From Betaproteobacteria bacterium (GTDB taxonomy: Bacteria; Bacillota; UBA5301; DYFA01), in the NCBI GenBank assembly GCA_050260635.1, contig JBLNCL010000003.1:75976-139975 (forward strand): a DNA stretch of 64,000 bases. The letters are read 5' to 3'. Positions 41,666 to 52,319 of this stretch are shown here, one piece after another (the stretch's first letter is position 1; each line of letters begins with the position of its first letter). The notes beneath the pieces were generated by a model, which was not told where the DNA came from, searched no databases, and was given only the letters and a program-made list of their open reading frames with translations. Made by a program: the position numbers and the translations under genes.

Positions 41666-42619
41666 TTACTCCCCCCGCCCGGAACCCCACGTTCCGCCCA
41701 CAAACTTTATCTCTGGTTCAAGTGCGATGCCGAATCGCTCCCTTACCCGCCGCTGCAGTTCCTCGACCAGCCAGCGTACGTCGGCCGCCGTGGCGGCGCC
41801 CACGTTCACGATGAAGTTGGCATGGATCTTCGATACCTCAGCCCCGCCTCGCTGCAGTCCCTTAGCGCCTACCGCTTCGAGCAGCTGTCCAGCTTTGGCC
41901 CCAGGTGGATTCTTGAAGACGCTCCCGGCGCTCCGCCCTGGCGGCTGAGTGCGCCGCCGGGCTGCCAGAAGTTCTGCTGTCCGACGGCGGATTGCCTCCC
42001 GCTCTCCGGGCTGCAGCGCCACCTCGACCCGGGTCACCACCTCACCGGTTCCCGTCAGCCCGCTGGTGCGATAACCAAAACCAACCTCGGCGGGGGCGTA
42101 GCCGCCCTGGGTTCCGTCGGCTTTGCAGGTCACAACGCTGACCAGGATGTCGGACAGCGAGGCCCCCCAGGCCCCGGCGTTCATCGTCACCGCCCCGCCG
42201 ACCGTCCCAGGGATCCCAGACAGAAACTCAGCCCCGGTCAGCTCGGCGTCCACCGCGGCCCTGGCCAGAGCCGGCAGGGAAACCGCTGCCCCCGCCGTCA
42301 ATCCTCTCGCCGTGCGGGCCAGCTGACGAAACCCCACCCCCAACCGGACCACTACACCCCGATACCCCTCGTCAGCCACGAGCAGGTTGCTGCCGTTACC
42401 TATCACGAGCCAAGGCAGTTGAAGCTGCGTTAGCGCCGGCAAAAGCAGTGAGAGTTCCTTCTCCCCCGGAGCCACCACGAACAGGTCCGCTGGTCCGCCA
42501 ATCCCGAAAGAGGTGTGGGCCGCCATCGGTTCTCGGATCCAGACGGAGCAGCCGGTTTCCCGGGTCAGCCGTTCCGCCAGTGCCTCAAGCTCGCGCTCCG
42601 TTTGAACGGTCTCGTTCAT
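41666..42619 (-). CDS. murB: UDP-N-acetylenolpyruvoylglucosamine reductase
   Basis: GNGSNLL, IPGTVGGAVTMNAGA, SAGSVFKNP and HANFIVN motifs. Confidence 0.95.
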   Translation of the reverse strand: MNETVQTERELEALAERLTRETGCSVWIREPMAAHTSFGIGGPADLFVVAPGEKELSLLLPALTQLQLPWLVIGNGSNLLVADEGYRGVVVRLGVGFRQLARTARGLTAGAAVSLPALARAAVDAELTGAEFLSGIPGTVGGAVTMNAGAWGASLSDILVSVVTCKADGTQGGYAPAEVGFGYRTSGLTGTGEVVTRVEVALQPGEREAIRRRTAELLAARRRTQPPGRSAGSVFKNPPGAKAGQLLEAVGAKGLQRGGAEVSKIHANFIVNVGAATAADVRWLVEELQRRVRERFGIALEPEIKFVGGTWGSGRGE

Positions 42620-42644
42620 GGCACTTCCCTCTACACCATATGTC

Positions 42645-43787
42645 TTATCCGGTCCAGTGACTCTGTCCTAGCCGCCAGACGAGAGCAGCCACCGCCTCCG
42701 CTGCCTCCGGCCGACCCAGCGCCCGGCTGGCCTCCGCCATGCCAGCAAGCCGCCCAGGCTCGCCGAGCAGCTGATCGACCAACTCGGCCAGCCGCTCCCC
42801 GGTCAATTCGGCCTCTCTCAGCATGACGGCCGCCCCGGCCCTCTGTCGGGCCAGGGCGTTCTTCTCCTGGTGGTTCTCCGCCGCCGTCGGCAGGGGAATC
42901 AGGATGGCTGGCAGACCCCGGACCGCCATCTCGGAAAGCGCCATGGCGCTAGCCCGGCTGATGGCCAGGTCAGCCGCGGCGAGCGCCAACGGCAGGTGGT
43001 GAAGGTAGGGATAGACCTGGGTGTTGGCGAGACGGAGGCAGTCCCCCGTCCAAGAGGCGCCGGCCTGGCCAAGCAGGAAGGCCTTAACTTCGGCAAATGA
43101 ACGCTCTCCCGTGACCCAGACCACCTGGAGATCCTGGCGGGCCAACCAGCGGGGCAAGGCGTCCTGAACCGCGGCGTTGATTGCCCGGGCCCCCTGACTC
43201 CCCCCGAAGACCACGAGGGTCCGGCGCCCCGGGTCAAGGCTGAAGCGGGTTTGTCCCTCCTCCCGGCGGGCCGAGACCACCTCGGGGCGCAGCGGATTGC
43301 CAGTGACCACCACCTTGTCAACGGGGAAGTAACGCCTGGCCTCAGGGAAGCCCAAGGCGACCTGGTTCACCCAGCGGCCAAGGATCCGGTTGGTCCACCC
43401 GGGCAAGGCGTTCTGCTCCTGAATGATGGACGGTATGCGCAGCAGTCGGGCCATCAGGACCACCGGTCCGCAGGCATACCCACCGGTGCCCAGGACAACG
43501 TCCGGCCGGAACTTGTGCAGGATCCTCCGCGAGGTCTCGAGGGCGCCAGCCGCCCGCCAGACAGTGCGGAGCGTGTCCACGGAAAGGCGGCGCTGAAAAG
43601 CCTGGACGGGGAGCGTGATCAACTCGATGCCCTCTCGTGGAACCAATTCCCTCTCCAGGCCCCGGCTCGCCCCCACCCACAACAGCTCGACTGGGCCGTT
43701 TCGACCTAACGCCTTTGCTACCGCCAGCCCAGGGTAGATGTGGCCGCCCGTTCCCCCTCCGGCAATCAGCACCCGCAGGCTCCGCAC
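42645..43787 (-). CDS. murG: MurG GlcNAc transferase
   Basis: GGGTGGHIYP, GGSQGARAIN and HQEKNA motifs. Confidence 0.95.
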   Translation of the reverse strand: MRSLRVLIAGGGTGGHIYPGLAVAKALGRNGPVELLWVGASRGLERELVPREGIELITLPVQAFQRRLSVDTLRTVWRAAGALETSRRILHKFRPDVVLGTGGYACGPVVLMARLLRIPSIIQEQNALPGWTNRILGRWVNQVALGFPEARRYFPVDKVVVTGNPLRPEVVSARREEGQTRFSLDPGRRTLVVFGGSQGARAINAAVQDALPRWLARQDLQVVWVTGERSFAEVKAFLLGQAGASWTGDCLRLANTQVYPYLHHLPLALAAADLAISRASAMALSEMAVRGLPAILIPLPTAAENHQEKNALARQRAGAAVMLREAELTGERLAELVDQLLGEPGRLAGMAEASRALGRPEAAEAVAALVWRLGQSHWTG

Positions 43788-43792
43788 CGACC

Positions 43793-44893
43793 TCACCCCC
43801 GTCGCTCTGTTCCATGCTTCGAAATGTTCAACAGAATCCCCACGCAGGACAGCGTAATGGCGAGTGATGACCCACCGTAGCTCAGAAGGGGCAGGGTAAC
43901 ACCGGTGATCGGCAGGGAGCCGGAAATGACCATCATGTTCAGGATGGCCTGGAAGGCCACGACCGACGTTAGACCGGCTGCGAGCAGAGAGCCGAACTCG
44001 TCCGGTGCGTTGATGGCAATGCGGTAGCCACGCCAAGCAAAAACGAAGTAGAGCGCAACCACCGTCAGGGTCCCGAGAAGGCCAAGTTCCTCGCCGAGGA
44101 TGGCAAAGATGAAGTCGGTGTGTTGTTCTGGCAGGTAGAGGAACTTCTGCCGGCTCTGTCCGAGGCCCAGCCCGAGGATTCCGCCGGAACCAAGGGCCAA
44201 GAGCGACTGGATGGTCTGGTAACCGATGTCCTGCCGGTGAGCCCAGGGGTTGAGAAAGGCCGTTAGCCGGGCTGCCCGATAGGGTTTCGCCTTGGCCAGG
44301 TAGACCAAGCCCGGGAGAACGGCCAGGCCGGCGGCTATGAGCCAAGAAAAGCGTATCCCGGCCAGGATGAACATGGCGGTGGTTAGCCCCATGATGATCA
44401 GGGTGGAACCGAAATCCGGCTGCTTCATCACGAGCAACACGATCAGGCCGAGGATCCCTGCCGGAACAGCCAGCCCCGACAGGCTCAATACCCGCTCGGG
44501 ACGCCCGGCGAAGTAAGCGGCGAGGAAGACGACCATCGCCAGTTTGGCGATCTCGGTCGGCTGGATCGAGAGCGGCCCCAGATTGATCCAGCGGGTGGCC
44601 CCCAGGGCGCTTCGCCCCGTCACCAGCACCGCCGCCAGGAGGATGATGGCTATCGCCAGCGCCGGTGCGGCCAGCCGCCGGAGGCGATGGTAGTCGAAGT
44701 TCATGAAGAAGGCCATGCCGGCCAGACCAACCAGCGCCGCCAGCAGTTGGTGGAAGGCGAAGTGAAAGGGACTCCCGTAGTCTCGCATCGCCTCATACGA
44801 GCTGGCGGAGAGGACCATCACCAGCCCCAGGCTGAGCAACCCGAAGGTGGCGCCGACCAGGATCAGGTCAGCCGTTGCGAGCTTCCGTCGCAC
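43793..44893 (-). CDS. spoVE: SEDS protein SpoVE/FtsW
   Basis: QPTEIAK, GLGQSRQKFLYLPEQHTDFIF and LSYGGSS motifs. Confidence 0.92.
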   Translation of the reverse strand: MRRKLATADLILVGATFGLLSLGLVMVLSASSYEAMRDYGSPFHFAFHQLLAALVGLAGMAFFMNFDYHRLRRLAAPALAIAIILLAAVLVTGRSALGATRWINLGPLSIQPTEIAKLAMVVFLAAYFAGRPERVLSLSGLAVPAGILGLIVLLVMKQPDFGSTLIIMGLTTAMFILAGIRFSWLIAAGLAVLPGLVYLAKAKPYRAARLTAFLNPWAHRQDIGYQTIQSLLALGSGGILGLGLGQSRQKFLYLPEQHTDFIFAILGEELGLLGTLTVVALYFVFAWRGYRIAINAPDEFGSLLAAGLTSVVAFQAILNMMVISGSLPITGVTLPLLSYGGSSLAITLSCVGILLNISKHGTERRG

Positions 44894-44918
44894 CCCCACA
44901 CCACCGCCTCCCAACCGC

Positions 44919-45893
44919 TCAGAGCACCCTCTTCCCCGGCGCCAGCAACAGACCAGCGAGGGTAAACAGCAGGGCCATCAACCAGAACCGCGCCACCACC
45001 TTGCTCTCCGGCCACCCCACCAGCTCGAAGTGGTGGTGAAGCGGGGACATGCGGAACAAGCGACGCCCCGTGAGGCGAAACGAGATCACCTGGATGATCA
45101 CGGACAGCGTCTCAAGAACGAACAGCCCCCCGATAACGGCAAACAAGAGCTCCGTCTTGGTAAGCAGGGCTAACGATCCCAAGGCGGCCCCCAGGGCCAG
45201 GGAACCGGTGTCTCCCATGAATACTTGGGCCGGCGGGGCGTTGAACCAGATGAAGCCGAGGCAGGCTCCGGCTACCGCTCCGGCGAAGATGGCCAGATCA
45301 ACTGCGCCTCGCCCCAGGGCGATCAGGGCATAAGCTACTGCAGCCAGGGTCACGGTCCCCGCCGCTAAGCCGTCGAGCCCATCCGTGAGGTTGACGGCGT
45401 TGGCGCCACCGGCCATCACCACCACCCCGGCAAACAAGGTGTACGCCCAAACCGGCAGCCGGATTGTGCCCGCGTCGCCTGGGATAACCAGGTTCGGGCC
45501 GAGCCCTGGGGTCACCGCCACGACGTAAGCCAGGGCCAAGCCGAACAGCAACTGCCAAAAGAGCTTGGTGCGGGCCTTCAGGCCGAGCGGACGGCGCCGC
45601 ACGACGATCAGCAGATCGTCCACCAGGCCGATGAAGAAGTATCCCGCCGTCACCGCCAGCGCCAACGGCAAGTGGCCGCTCTCGGGCACCACCAGCGCCG
45701 TGGCCGCCATGAACGCTGCCACGATCAAGAGACCACCCATCGTGGGGATGCCCGCCTTCTTAAGGTGAGTCTGCGGTCCGTCGCTACGAACCGACTGCCC
45801 GAATCTCAAGCGCCGAAGATACGCGATGGTGATCGGCCCCAGCCCCAGGACGATCACGAGCGCCAGCCCACCGGCGTACAAAACTCTATCCAT
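44919..45893 (-). CDS. mraY: Phospho-MurNAc-pentapeptide transferase
   Basis: PTMGG, NLTDGLDGL, FMGDTGS and PLHHHFEL motifs; ATG 45893. Confidence 0.96.
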   Translation of the reverse strand: MDRVLYAGGLALVIVLGLGPITIAYLRRLRFGQSVRSDGPQTHLKKAGIPTMGGLLIVAAFMAATALVVPESGHLPLALAVTAGYFFIGLVDDLLIVVRRRPLGLKARTKLFWQLLFGLALAYVVAVTPGLGPNLVIPGDAGTIRLPVWAYTLFAGVVVMAGGANAVNLTDGLDGLAAGTVTLAAVAYALIALGRGAVDLAIFAGAVAGACLGFIWFNAPPAQVFMGDTGSLALGAALGSLALLTKTELLFAVIGGLFVLETLSVIIQVISFRLTGRRLFRMSPLHHHFELVGWPESKVVARFWLMALLFTLAGLLLAPGKRVL

Positions 45894-47319
45894 GCCTCCC
45901 TGCCCCCACTCGCCCGAGTTCCTGAACGATCTCCTCCATGTGCATTCCCCGAGAACCCTTGACCAGCACCACGTCTTTTGGTCGGAGCGTCCCCACCAGC
46001 GCTCGGGCCGCCGCCGCCGTGGTCTCGTAAGCCTCTGCCAGGCCCAGCCCAGCCTCCTGCGCTCCCCGGACGGTGTTGGCCGACAACGGTCCCACGCCAA
46101 CCAGCCGGTCCACTCCCAGCTGGGCGGCATACTCGCCGATCTTCCGGTGAGCCTCAGCGGTTCCCTCGCCCAACTCCAACATGTCGCCGAGCACGGCCAC
46201 TGCCTGGCCGCCGGAGCGACTCTCGACGAGGAGTTCGAGCGCCGCCCGGACCGAAGCCGGACTGGCGTTGTAGGCGTCATTGATAAGGAGGAACCCCTCC
46301 CGGCCTCGCTCGACCTGGAGGCGCATTTCGGTCAGACGGACTTGTTCCAGTCCCCGGGCCACCCCGGCCAGAGTCAGCCCCAGCGCCACCCCGACCGCAG
46401 CCGCGGCCAGGGCGTTGCGGGCGTTGTGAACCCCCGGAATCGGCAGCTTCACTGCTTGCCGTTGCTCGCCCGCCAGCAACGTGAGGCTGACCCCTCGGAC
46501 GCCGTGCGACTCGACCGCTTCCCCGGCCACGTCCAGCCTCCGTTCCTCTGGCCGCTCGCCTGGTCGAAGCAGGCCGTAGCAGACCACCCGCGCGGGAGAG
46601 ATCTGCGCCATCGCCAAAACTCGCGGGTCGTCGGCATTGAGAACCGCTACCCCATCCGGCGGTAACGCCTCGATCAACTCCGCTTTGGCCCGGGCGATGT
46701 TCTCCTGAGAGCCGAGCAGTTCGAGGTGGGTTTCGCCGACGTTGGTCACCACCCCGACCGTGGGACGGATGATTTCCGCCAGGGTCCGAATCTGGCCGAG
46801 CCCCCGCATGCCCAGTTCGAAACAGGCCGCTTCGGAGGCGCTGTTTAGCCGAAAGACGGTCAGGGGAAGGCCGATCTCGTTGTTCAGATTCCCCTTGGTC
46901 GCCACTGTCCGCCAACGGCTCCCCAGGACGGCGGCGATCAGGTCCTTGGTTGTCGTCTTCCCGACGCTCCCCGTCACCCCGACGACGGGTATCGCGAACC
47001 GGCGACGGTAGAAAGCAGCCAGGCGTTGTAGGGCCACCAGCGTATCCTCCACCGCCACGGCGAAGGCCCCCCCGCCTTCGTCGCTGGGCAACCAGCCAGC
47101 TCCCGCTCGTTCGAGCAAGAAACCTGCGGCCCGGGCGGCCAACGCCTCGCCGATGAACTGGTGGCCGTCGAAGCGCTCGCCGCGGAGCGGAACAAACAGG
47201 TCCCCTGCCTGCACGGACCGGCTGTCGGTCGAGACACCGGTGAACCGGTCGTCCAACGCCCCCCGAACCAGCCGGCCGGCCGTCGCCTCCAGCAATTCCC
47301 GAACAGTCAAGCTATCCAC
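45886..47319 (-). CDS. murF: MurF ligase
   Basis: TGSVGKTTTK, NNEIGLP, DAYNASP and VLVKGSRG motifs. Confidence 0.95.
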   Translation of the reverse strand: MDSLTVRELLEATAGRLVRGALDDRFTGVSTDSRSVQAGDLFVPLRGERFDGHQFIGEALAARAAGFLLERAGAGWLPSDEGGGAFAVAVEDTLVALQRLAAFYRRRFAIPVVGVTGSVGKTTTKDLIAAVLGSRWRTVATKGNLNNEIGLPLTVFRLNSASEAACFELGMRGLGQIRTLAEIIRPTVGVVTNVGETHLELLGSQENIARAKAELIEALPPDGVAVLNADDPRVLAMAQISPARVVCYGLLRPGERPEERRLDVAGEAVESHGVRGVSLTLLAGEQRQAVKLPIPGVHNARNALAAAAVGVALGLTLAGVARGLEQVRLTEMRLQVERGREGFLLINDAYNASPASVRAALELLVESRSGGQAVAVLGDMLELGEGTAEAHRKIGEYAAQLGVDRLVGVGPLSANTVRGAQEAGLGLAEAYETTAAAARALVGTLRPKDVVLVKGSRGMHMEEIVQELGRVGAGRHG

Positions 47320-48811
47320 GGCGAACGCCCTCCAGTCGGGCGATGGCCTGCCGGGCCTCTTCGCGGTCGTCGAAGTGGATCGTTCGGTCAGCGAAAACCT
47401 GGTACGTCTCGTGGCCCTTCCCCGCCAGTAGCACTATGTCCCCGGGACGGGCCACCTCCACTGCATGCCGGATGGCCTCCCGCCGGTCCACCAGCACCCG
47501 GTAAGCCTCCGGTCCCGGCGCAGTTCTCGCCACTCCCGCCACTACCTCGGCGCAAATAGCCGCCGGATCCTCGCTTCGTGGGTTGTCGCTGGTGACTATG
47601 GTGTAGTCGGCCATCCGCCCAGCTATCTCCCCCATCAGCGGGCGCTTGCCCCGGTCCCGATCGCCCCCGCAGCCGAAGACCAGGATCTTCCGGCCCCGCG
47701 TAACGCTATCCGCCGCCCGCAAGAGGTTTTCGAGTCCATCGGGAGTGTGGGCGTAGTCCACGACCACGCTGAAGGGCTGCCCCGCCTCGACGGCCTCAAA
47801 CCGCCCCGGAACCCCCGGGATGGCTTCCAATCCCCGCCGGACTGCCTCCAGGGAGCACCCTTCCGCCATGGCTGCCGCTGCGGCCGCCAACGAGTTGTAG
47901 ACGTTGAACCGACCGGAGAGGCGTAGGGTCAGGTCCGTCGCCCCCTCGGGAGTGACCAGCCGGTAAGACAATCCCGCCGTCGCCAGCCGAACATCCTCTG
48001 CCCGAACTTGGCTCTCGCCGCCAAGCCCGTAGGTCGTCACCGGCACCGTAGAAACCTGGGCGAAGTAGTCAGCCGACGGATCGTCGGCGTTGATGATCGC
48101 CCGCCGTGTCCCCCGCTTGGCGGTGTGACCCAGACCCGCAAAAAACTTGCCCTTCGTTGCCCGGTAGGCCTCAAAGGTCTCGTGGAAGTCCAAGTGGTCT
48201 TGAGTGAGGTTGGTGAAGACACCGAGGTCGAACTCGACCCCGGCGATCCGCTTCAGTGCGATGGCGTGAGAAGAAACCTCCATCACGACATGGGTGCAGC
48301 CGACGTCCCGCATATGCGCCAGCAGGGCCTGCAGGTCAAGCGATTCGGGAGTGGTCCGTTCGGTCGGAATCTCCTCCTGACCTGCCAGATTGCGGATCGT
48401 TCCGATCAGTCCGACCTTGCGTCCGGCCGCCTCCAGAATGGCTTTGATCAGATAGGTCGTGGTGGTCTTGCCATTGGTTCCCGTTACACCGATCATCCGC
48501 AGGGACGATGAAGGACTGCCATAGAAGTGGGCCGCCATCAACCCCAAAGCCTGCCGGCTGTCGGCGACAAGCGCCAGCGGAACCGGCGTCGGGTCTGGCA
48601 GGTCACGCTCGGCCACCACCGCTGCCGCTCCCCGCTCGATGGCCTCCCCCACATAGAAGTGGCCGTCGGTGCGCAGGCCGCGGATACAGACGAAGACGTC
48701 GCCCGGTTTGACCCGGCGGGAGTCATAGGCCAGCCCACCCACCCTTGTTTTCGGATCACCCCGCCACTCCCGGACCGTCAATGCGGAAATCAGCTCACTC
48801 AGTGTCGTCAT
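47312..48811 (-). CDS. murE: MurE ligase (meso-DAP type)
   Basis: GTNGKTT, DYAHTPD and DNPR (mDAP specificity motif). Confidence 0.96.
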   Translation of the reverse strand: MTTLSELISALTVREWRGDPKTRVGGLAYDSRRVKPGDVFVCIRGLRTDGHFYVGEAIERGAAAVVAERDLPDPTPVPLALVADSRQALGLMAAHFYGSPSSSLRMIGVTGTNGKTTTTYLIKAILEAAGRKVGLIGTIRNLAGQEEIPTERTTPESLDLQALLAHMRDVGCTHVVMEVSSHAIALKRIAGVEFDLGVFTNLTQDHLDFHETFEAYRATKGKFFAGLGHTAKRGTRRAIINADDPSADYFAQVSTVPVTTYGLGGESQVRAEDVRLATAGLSYRLVTPEGATDLTLRLSGRFNVYNSLAAAAAAMAEGCSLEAVRRGLEAIPGVPGRFEAVEAGQPFSVVVDYAHTPDGLENLLRAADSVTRGRKILVFGCGGDRDRGKRPLMGEIAGRMADYTIVTSDNPRSEDPAAICAEVVAGVARTAPGPEAYRVLVDRREAIRHAVEVARPGDIVLLAGKGHETYQVFADRTIHFDDREEARQAIARLEGVRRG

Positions 48812-48859
48812 AAGCCACTCCCCGGCTAGTCTTTCCCCGGCTCTGCCGCCTTCAAGCCA

Positions 48860-50836
48860 CTATTCCAGCGGGTTGAGCCCGGTGCCCGGCTTCAGCGGGC
48901 CAGCCGTATGGAGGAGAATCCGCGTCCCCCTGGCCACCCGCGCCCCAGGCTTCGGCACCTGGTCGACCACGACCTCTCCGTCACCCTCGAACCCGAAACC
49001 GAGCCCGGCCCGCGTCAGGATGGCGGAAGCCTCTCCTCGCGGGTAGTTCCGGATGTTCGGAACCATCACCAGCGCTCCTGCCTCTTCGCCGCCCTCGCTT
49101 TTCGGCTTCTCGTCCACCACCGGCGGCACCTTCAAGTAGGTCAGCGTGTCGCGGACCACCGCCTGGAAGACGGGAGCAGCGATGACCCCGCCAAAGGTCA
49201 CCCCGCTGGTCGGCTCGTAGAGTGCTACCAGCGCTGCTACCTCCGGGTCGTCGAAGGGGGCGAAGCCGACAAACGAGGCGATAACCTTGCTGTGGGAATA
49301 GCCTCCCGCCTCCGCCACCTGCGCCGTTCCCGTCTTGCCGGCAGGCCGATAACCCGGAACGTCGGCTCGTTTACCTGAGCCGTTGACCACGACCGAGCGG
49401 AGGATCCGTCGCATCTCGCGAGCCGTCGCCGCCGAGATCACCTGTCGGACCTCGGTCGGCTGCGTCACCTTGAGCCTGGTTCCCTTGGCGTCCCTGATCT
49501 CCTTGACCAGATAGGGGCGCATCAGGCGGCCGTCGTTGGCCACTGCCGAAACCGCTGTCAGAAGCTGGAGCGGGGTAACAGTGATACCCTGTCCAAAACC
49601 GACGTTCACCCATCCGACCAGAGCGATGGAGCCCGGGACGTGGACAATCCCGTCCGCCTCCCCCGGAAAGTCGATCCCGGTCGGCTGCCCGAAGCCAAAG
49701 GCTCGGATGTAATTATAGAACCGCTCCTCGCCGATTTCCATCCCGAGCGTACCAAAGACTGTGTTGCACGAGTGTTCCACCCCCTCGACGAAGGTTTGCA
49801 CCCCGTGCCCTCCCGGCAGCCAACAGTGGATGGTATGCTTTCCGACGCGAAGGAAGCCAGGATCGTTGAACTTCCGTTCCGGCGTGGTCACCCGTTCCTC
49901 CAGCGCCGTGGCTGCGGTGATCACCTTGAAGGTCGATCCCGGCTCGTAGAGGTCGGAAACCGCCGTGTTCCGGCGGTACTGGGCCGGGTACTTGGCGTAG
50001 TCATTCGGATCGAAGGAAGGCAGGTTAGCCAGAGCGAGAATCTCACCGGTCTTGGGGCGCATCACCAGGACCACGCCTTTCTTGGCTCCCGTCTCCTGGA
50101 GCGCCTTGGCCAGTTCGCGCTCGGCAATGTACTGGATCACCTTGTCGATCGTAAGGTAAATATCGGCCCCGTCGCGGGGCGGGATGTACCGCTTAATCCC
50201 CCCGGGGATGATGTTTCCGTGGGCGTCCCGCTCCGCCTCGACCCGTCCTGGCAAGCCACGAAGGTATCGGTCGTACCACACCTCCAACCCCTCGAGCCCT
50301 TGGTTGTCAATCCCGGCAATGCCCAGAACCTGGCTGGCCAGAGCGTGGTTGGGGTAGAACCGCTGTGGATTCTCGACCACGCCGACCCCGGGGAGGTTCG
50401 CCTCCCGAACCGCTCTGGCCTGCTCAGGTGGGACCTTCTTCTTTATCCATTCCGACGATGACCGGCGCCTGACCTTGGCCAAGATCTCCTTTTCCTGCTC
50501 CTCCATGTGGAGAAGCTGGGCCAGGCGGCGGGCGACCAGCTCGGCATTCTCCTTGGCCTTGTGGCGATCCCGGGTCACCTCCGCTGGAACCACATACACG
50601 GCGTCCGCCGAGATGGAAACGGCCAGCTTCTCTCCGTTGCGGTCGAAGATTGTGCCCCGTCGAGGATCGATTGGCACCGGATGGAGCCGCTGTTCGAGGG
50701 CGCGTGAAGTGAGAAAGGAGTTCTGGATCACCTGAACCCAAAAGAGACGGCCGGCCAAAAAAAGGAAGCAACCAGCGGCCAGGAAGAAGAGCAGAGCCAC
50801 CCGCCGTCTGACCACCAGCTGACTGAGCTTGCGCAT
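48860..50836 (-). CDS. spoVD: Class B PBP SpoVD/FtsI with PASTA domain
   Basis: EPGSTFK, SCN and KTGTAQ motifs; C-terminal PASTA. Confidence 0.88.
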   Translation of the reverse strand: MRKLSQLVVRRRVALLFFLAAGCFLFLAGRLFWVQVIQNSFLTSRALEQRLHPVPIDPRRGTIFDRNGEKLAVSISADAVYVVPAEVTRDRHKAKENAELVARRLAQLLHMEEQEKEILAKVRRRSSSEWIKKKVPPEQARAVREANLPGVGVVENPQRFYPNHALASQVLGIAGIDNQGLEGLEVWYDRYLRGLPGRVEAERDAHGNIIPGGIKRYIPPRDGADIYLTIDKVIQYIAERELAKALQETGAKKGVVLVMRPKTGEILALANLPSFDPNDYAKYPAQYRRNTAVSDLYEPGSTFKVITAATALEERVTTPERKFNDPGFLRVGKHTIHCWLPGGHGVQTFVEGVEHSCNTVFGTLGMEIGEERFYNYIRAFGFGQPTGIDFPGEADGIVHVPGSIALVGWVNVGFGQGITVTPLQLLTAVSAVANDGRLMRPYLVKEIRDAKGTRLKVTQPTEVRQVISAATAREMRRILRSVVVNGSGKRADVPGYRPAGKTGTAQVAEAGGYSHSKVIASFVGFAPFDDPEVAALVALYEPTSGVTFGGVIAAPVFQAVVRDTLTYLKVPPVVDEKPKSEGGEEAGALVMVPNIRNYPRGEASAILTRAGLGFGFEGDGEVVVDQVPKPGARVARGTRILLHTAGPLKPGTGLNPLE

Positions 50837-50854
50837 CGGGCTGCCGCCCTCCCT

Positions 50855-51328
50855 TTACGGGGCCGCGTGAGCCGCCTGCACCGGCGAACCCCGGAAGAAG
50901 CGCTGAATCCGGGCAATCATCGGTAACCCTCTTTCCTGCGCTGCCGGTTTCACCAGCGCCACTTTCGCAGCCCCCGTGAGGTAAGCCGGTTTACCGGGCG
51001 AAACCAGCTTCAGCTCCTCCCGAGCCACACGCTCAATCCGCTCCGGGGAGGATAGCTCGCTGATCTGCAGCTGGAGCCGGTCGGTCTCCACCGCGGCGGA
51101 GTGAAGAGCAGTCTTGACTCCGTTCAGGCGGTAGGTCAGACTGATCACCCATGCCTGCTCAGCCACGTAAAGAAGGAGCAACGTCCCGACGACGGCGAAG
51201 AGGAACGCCAAACGGGCAACCTCCGACGGACGGCGCCGGGCCGCCTGCCGGCGCAAAGGCCGGCTGCCCCCGATTCCGGTAACTTCCCTGTTGCCCCAGG
51301 TCTCCGCCACTGCCCTGGCCGCTACCAT
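50855..51328 (-). CDS. ftsL: Cell division protein FtsL
   Basis: TM, coiled coil, LSSPERIERVAREEL; position after rsmH. Confidence 0.85.
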   Translation of the reverse strand: MVAARAVAETWGNREVTGIGGSRPLRRQAARRRPSEVARLAFLFAVVGTLLLLYVAEQAWVISLTYRLNGVKTALHSAAVETDRLQLQISELSSPERIERVAREELKLVSPGKPAYLTGAAKVALVKPAAQERGLPMIARIQRFFRGSPVQAAHAAP

Positions 51329-51354
51329 GTTTATTCCTTCTTCCCCACGCTAAT

Positions 51355-52317
51355 TCAGCCTTCTCCGCCGGCCAACCGCTCCGCCGCCCGCAGCTTGGCG
51401 CTGCGAGCCCGCGGGTTCCCTGTGACCTCCTCCGGCGCGGGCCCCACCGGTCGCCGGGTTAGAATCCTCACCAAGGGTTGGTGTCCGCAGACACAGACCG
51501 GAAGCCCGGGCGGGCAAATGCACCCTTTGGCTGCCCCGGCCAACGTCTGCTTGACGATCCGATCCTCCAGCGAGTGAAAGCTGATCACCACTACTCGTCC
51601 GCCGGGCCGCAGGACCTCGATGGCCGCCCGAAGTCCCTGCTCCAGCGCCCTTAGTTCGTCGTTCACCGCGATCCGCAGAGCCTGGAAGGTCCGCCTCGCC
51701 GGATGCGGCCCACTCCGTCTGGCCGCCGCCGGGATAGCCGCCTTCACCACCTGGACCAGATCCTCCGTGGTTTGGAGGGGTTTCACCTTTCGCCACGCCA
51801 CCACCATCGCGGCGATTCGGCTGGCCCAACGTTCCTCTCCGTACTCCCGGATGATCCGGGCCAACGTCTCCTCGGAGGCCGTATTCAGAAGCTCCGCCGC
51901 CGTGACCGGCTGCCGCCGGTCCATCCGCATGTCTAGCGGGGCCTCGCTCTGGTAGCTGAATCCTCGCGCCGCCTCATCGAGTTGAAATGACGAAACCCCC
52001 AGGTCGAATAGGACCCCATCCACCTGGTCCAGGTCCAGCTCCGCCAAGACCTCCGCCAGACGGCTGAAATTCTCCCTCACCAAGACCGCCCGACCATGTC
52101 GCACCTCGTTGGCCAATCGCTCGTTAGCCTGCCGCAGTGCAGTCTCATCCCGATCCAGCCCGATGAGTCGGCCGCTGGGGGCGCTCGCCGCCAAGATGGC
52201 CGCCGCGTGGCCACCACCGCCGACTGTGCAGTCCACGTAGATTCCGCCGGCGCGACAGTTGAGGAAGCTCACCGCCTCCGCCAGAAGGACCGGGCGATGC
52301 TTAGACACCTGGCCCAC
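51355..52317 (-). CDS. rsmH: 16S rRNA methyltransferase RsmH
   Basis: HRPVLLAE, DLGVSSFQLD, SFHSLEDR and NPRARSAKLR motifs. Confidence 0.96.
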   Translation of the reverse strand: MGQVSKHRPVLLAEAVSFLNCRAGGIYVDCTVGGGGHAAAILAASAPSGRLIGLDRDETALRQANERLANEVRHGRAVLVRENFSRLAEVLAELDLDQVDGVLFDLGVSSFQLDEAARGFSYQSEAPLDMRMDRRQPVTAAELLNTASEETLARIIREYGEERWASRIAAMVVAWRKVKPLQTTEDLVQVVKAAIPAAARRSGPHPARRTFQALRIAVNDELRALEQGLRAAIEVLRPGGRVVVISFHSLEDRIVKQTLAGAAKGCICPPGLPVCVCGHQPLVRILTRRPVGPAPEEVTGNPRARSAKLRAAERLAGGEG

Positions 52318-52319
52318 GG

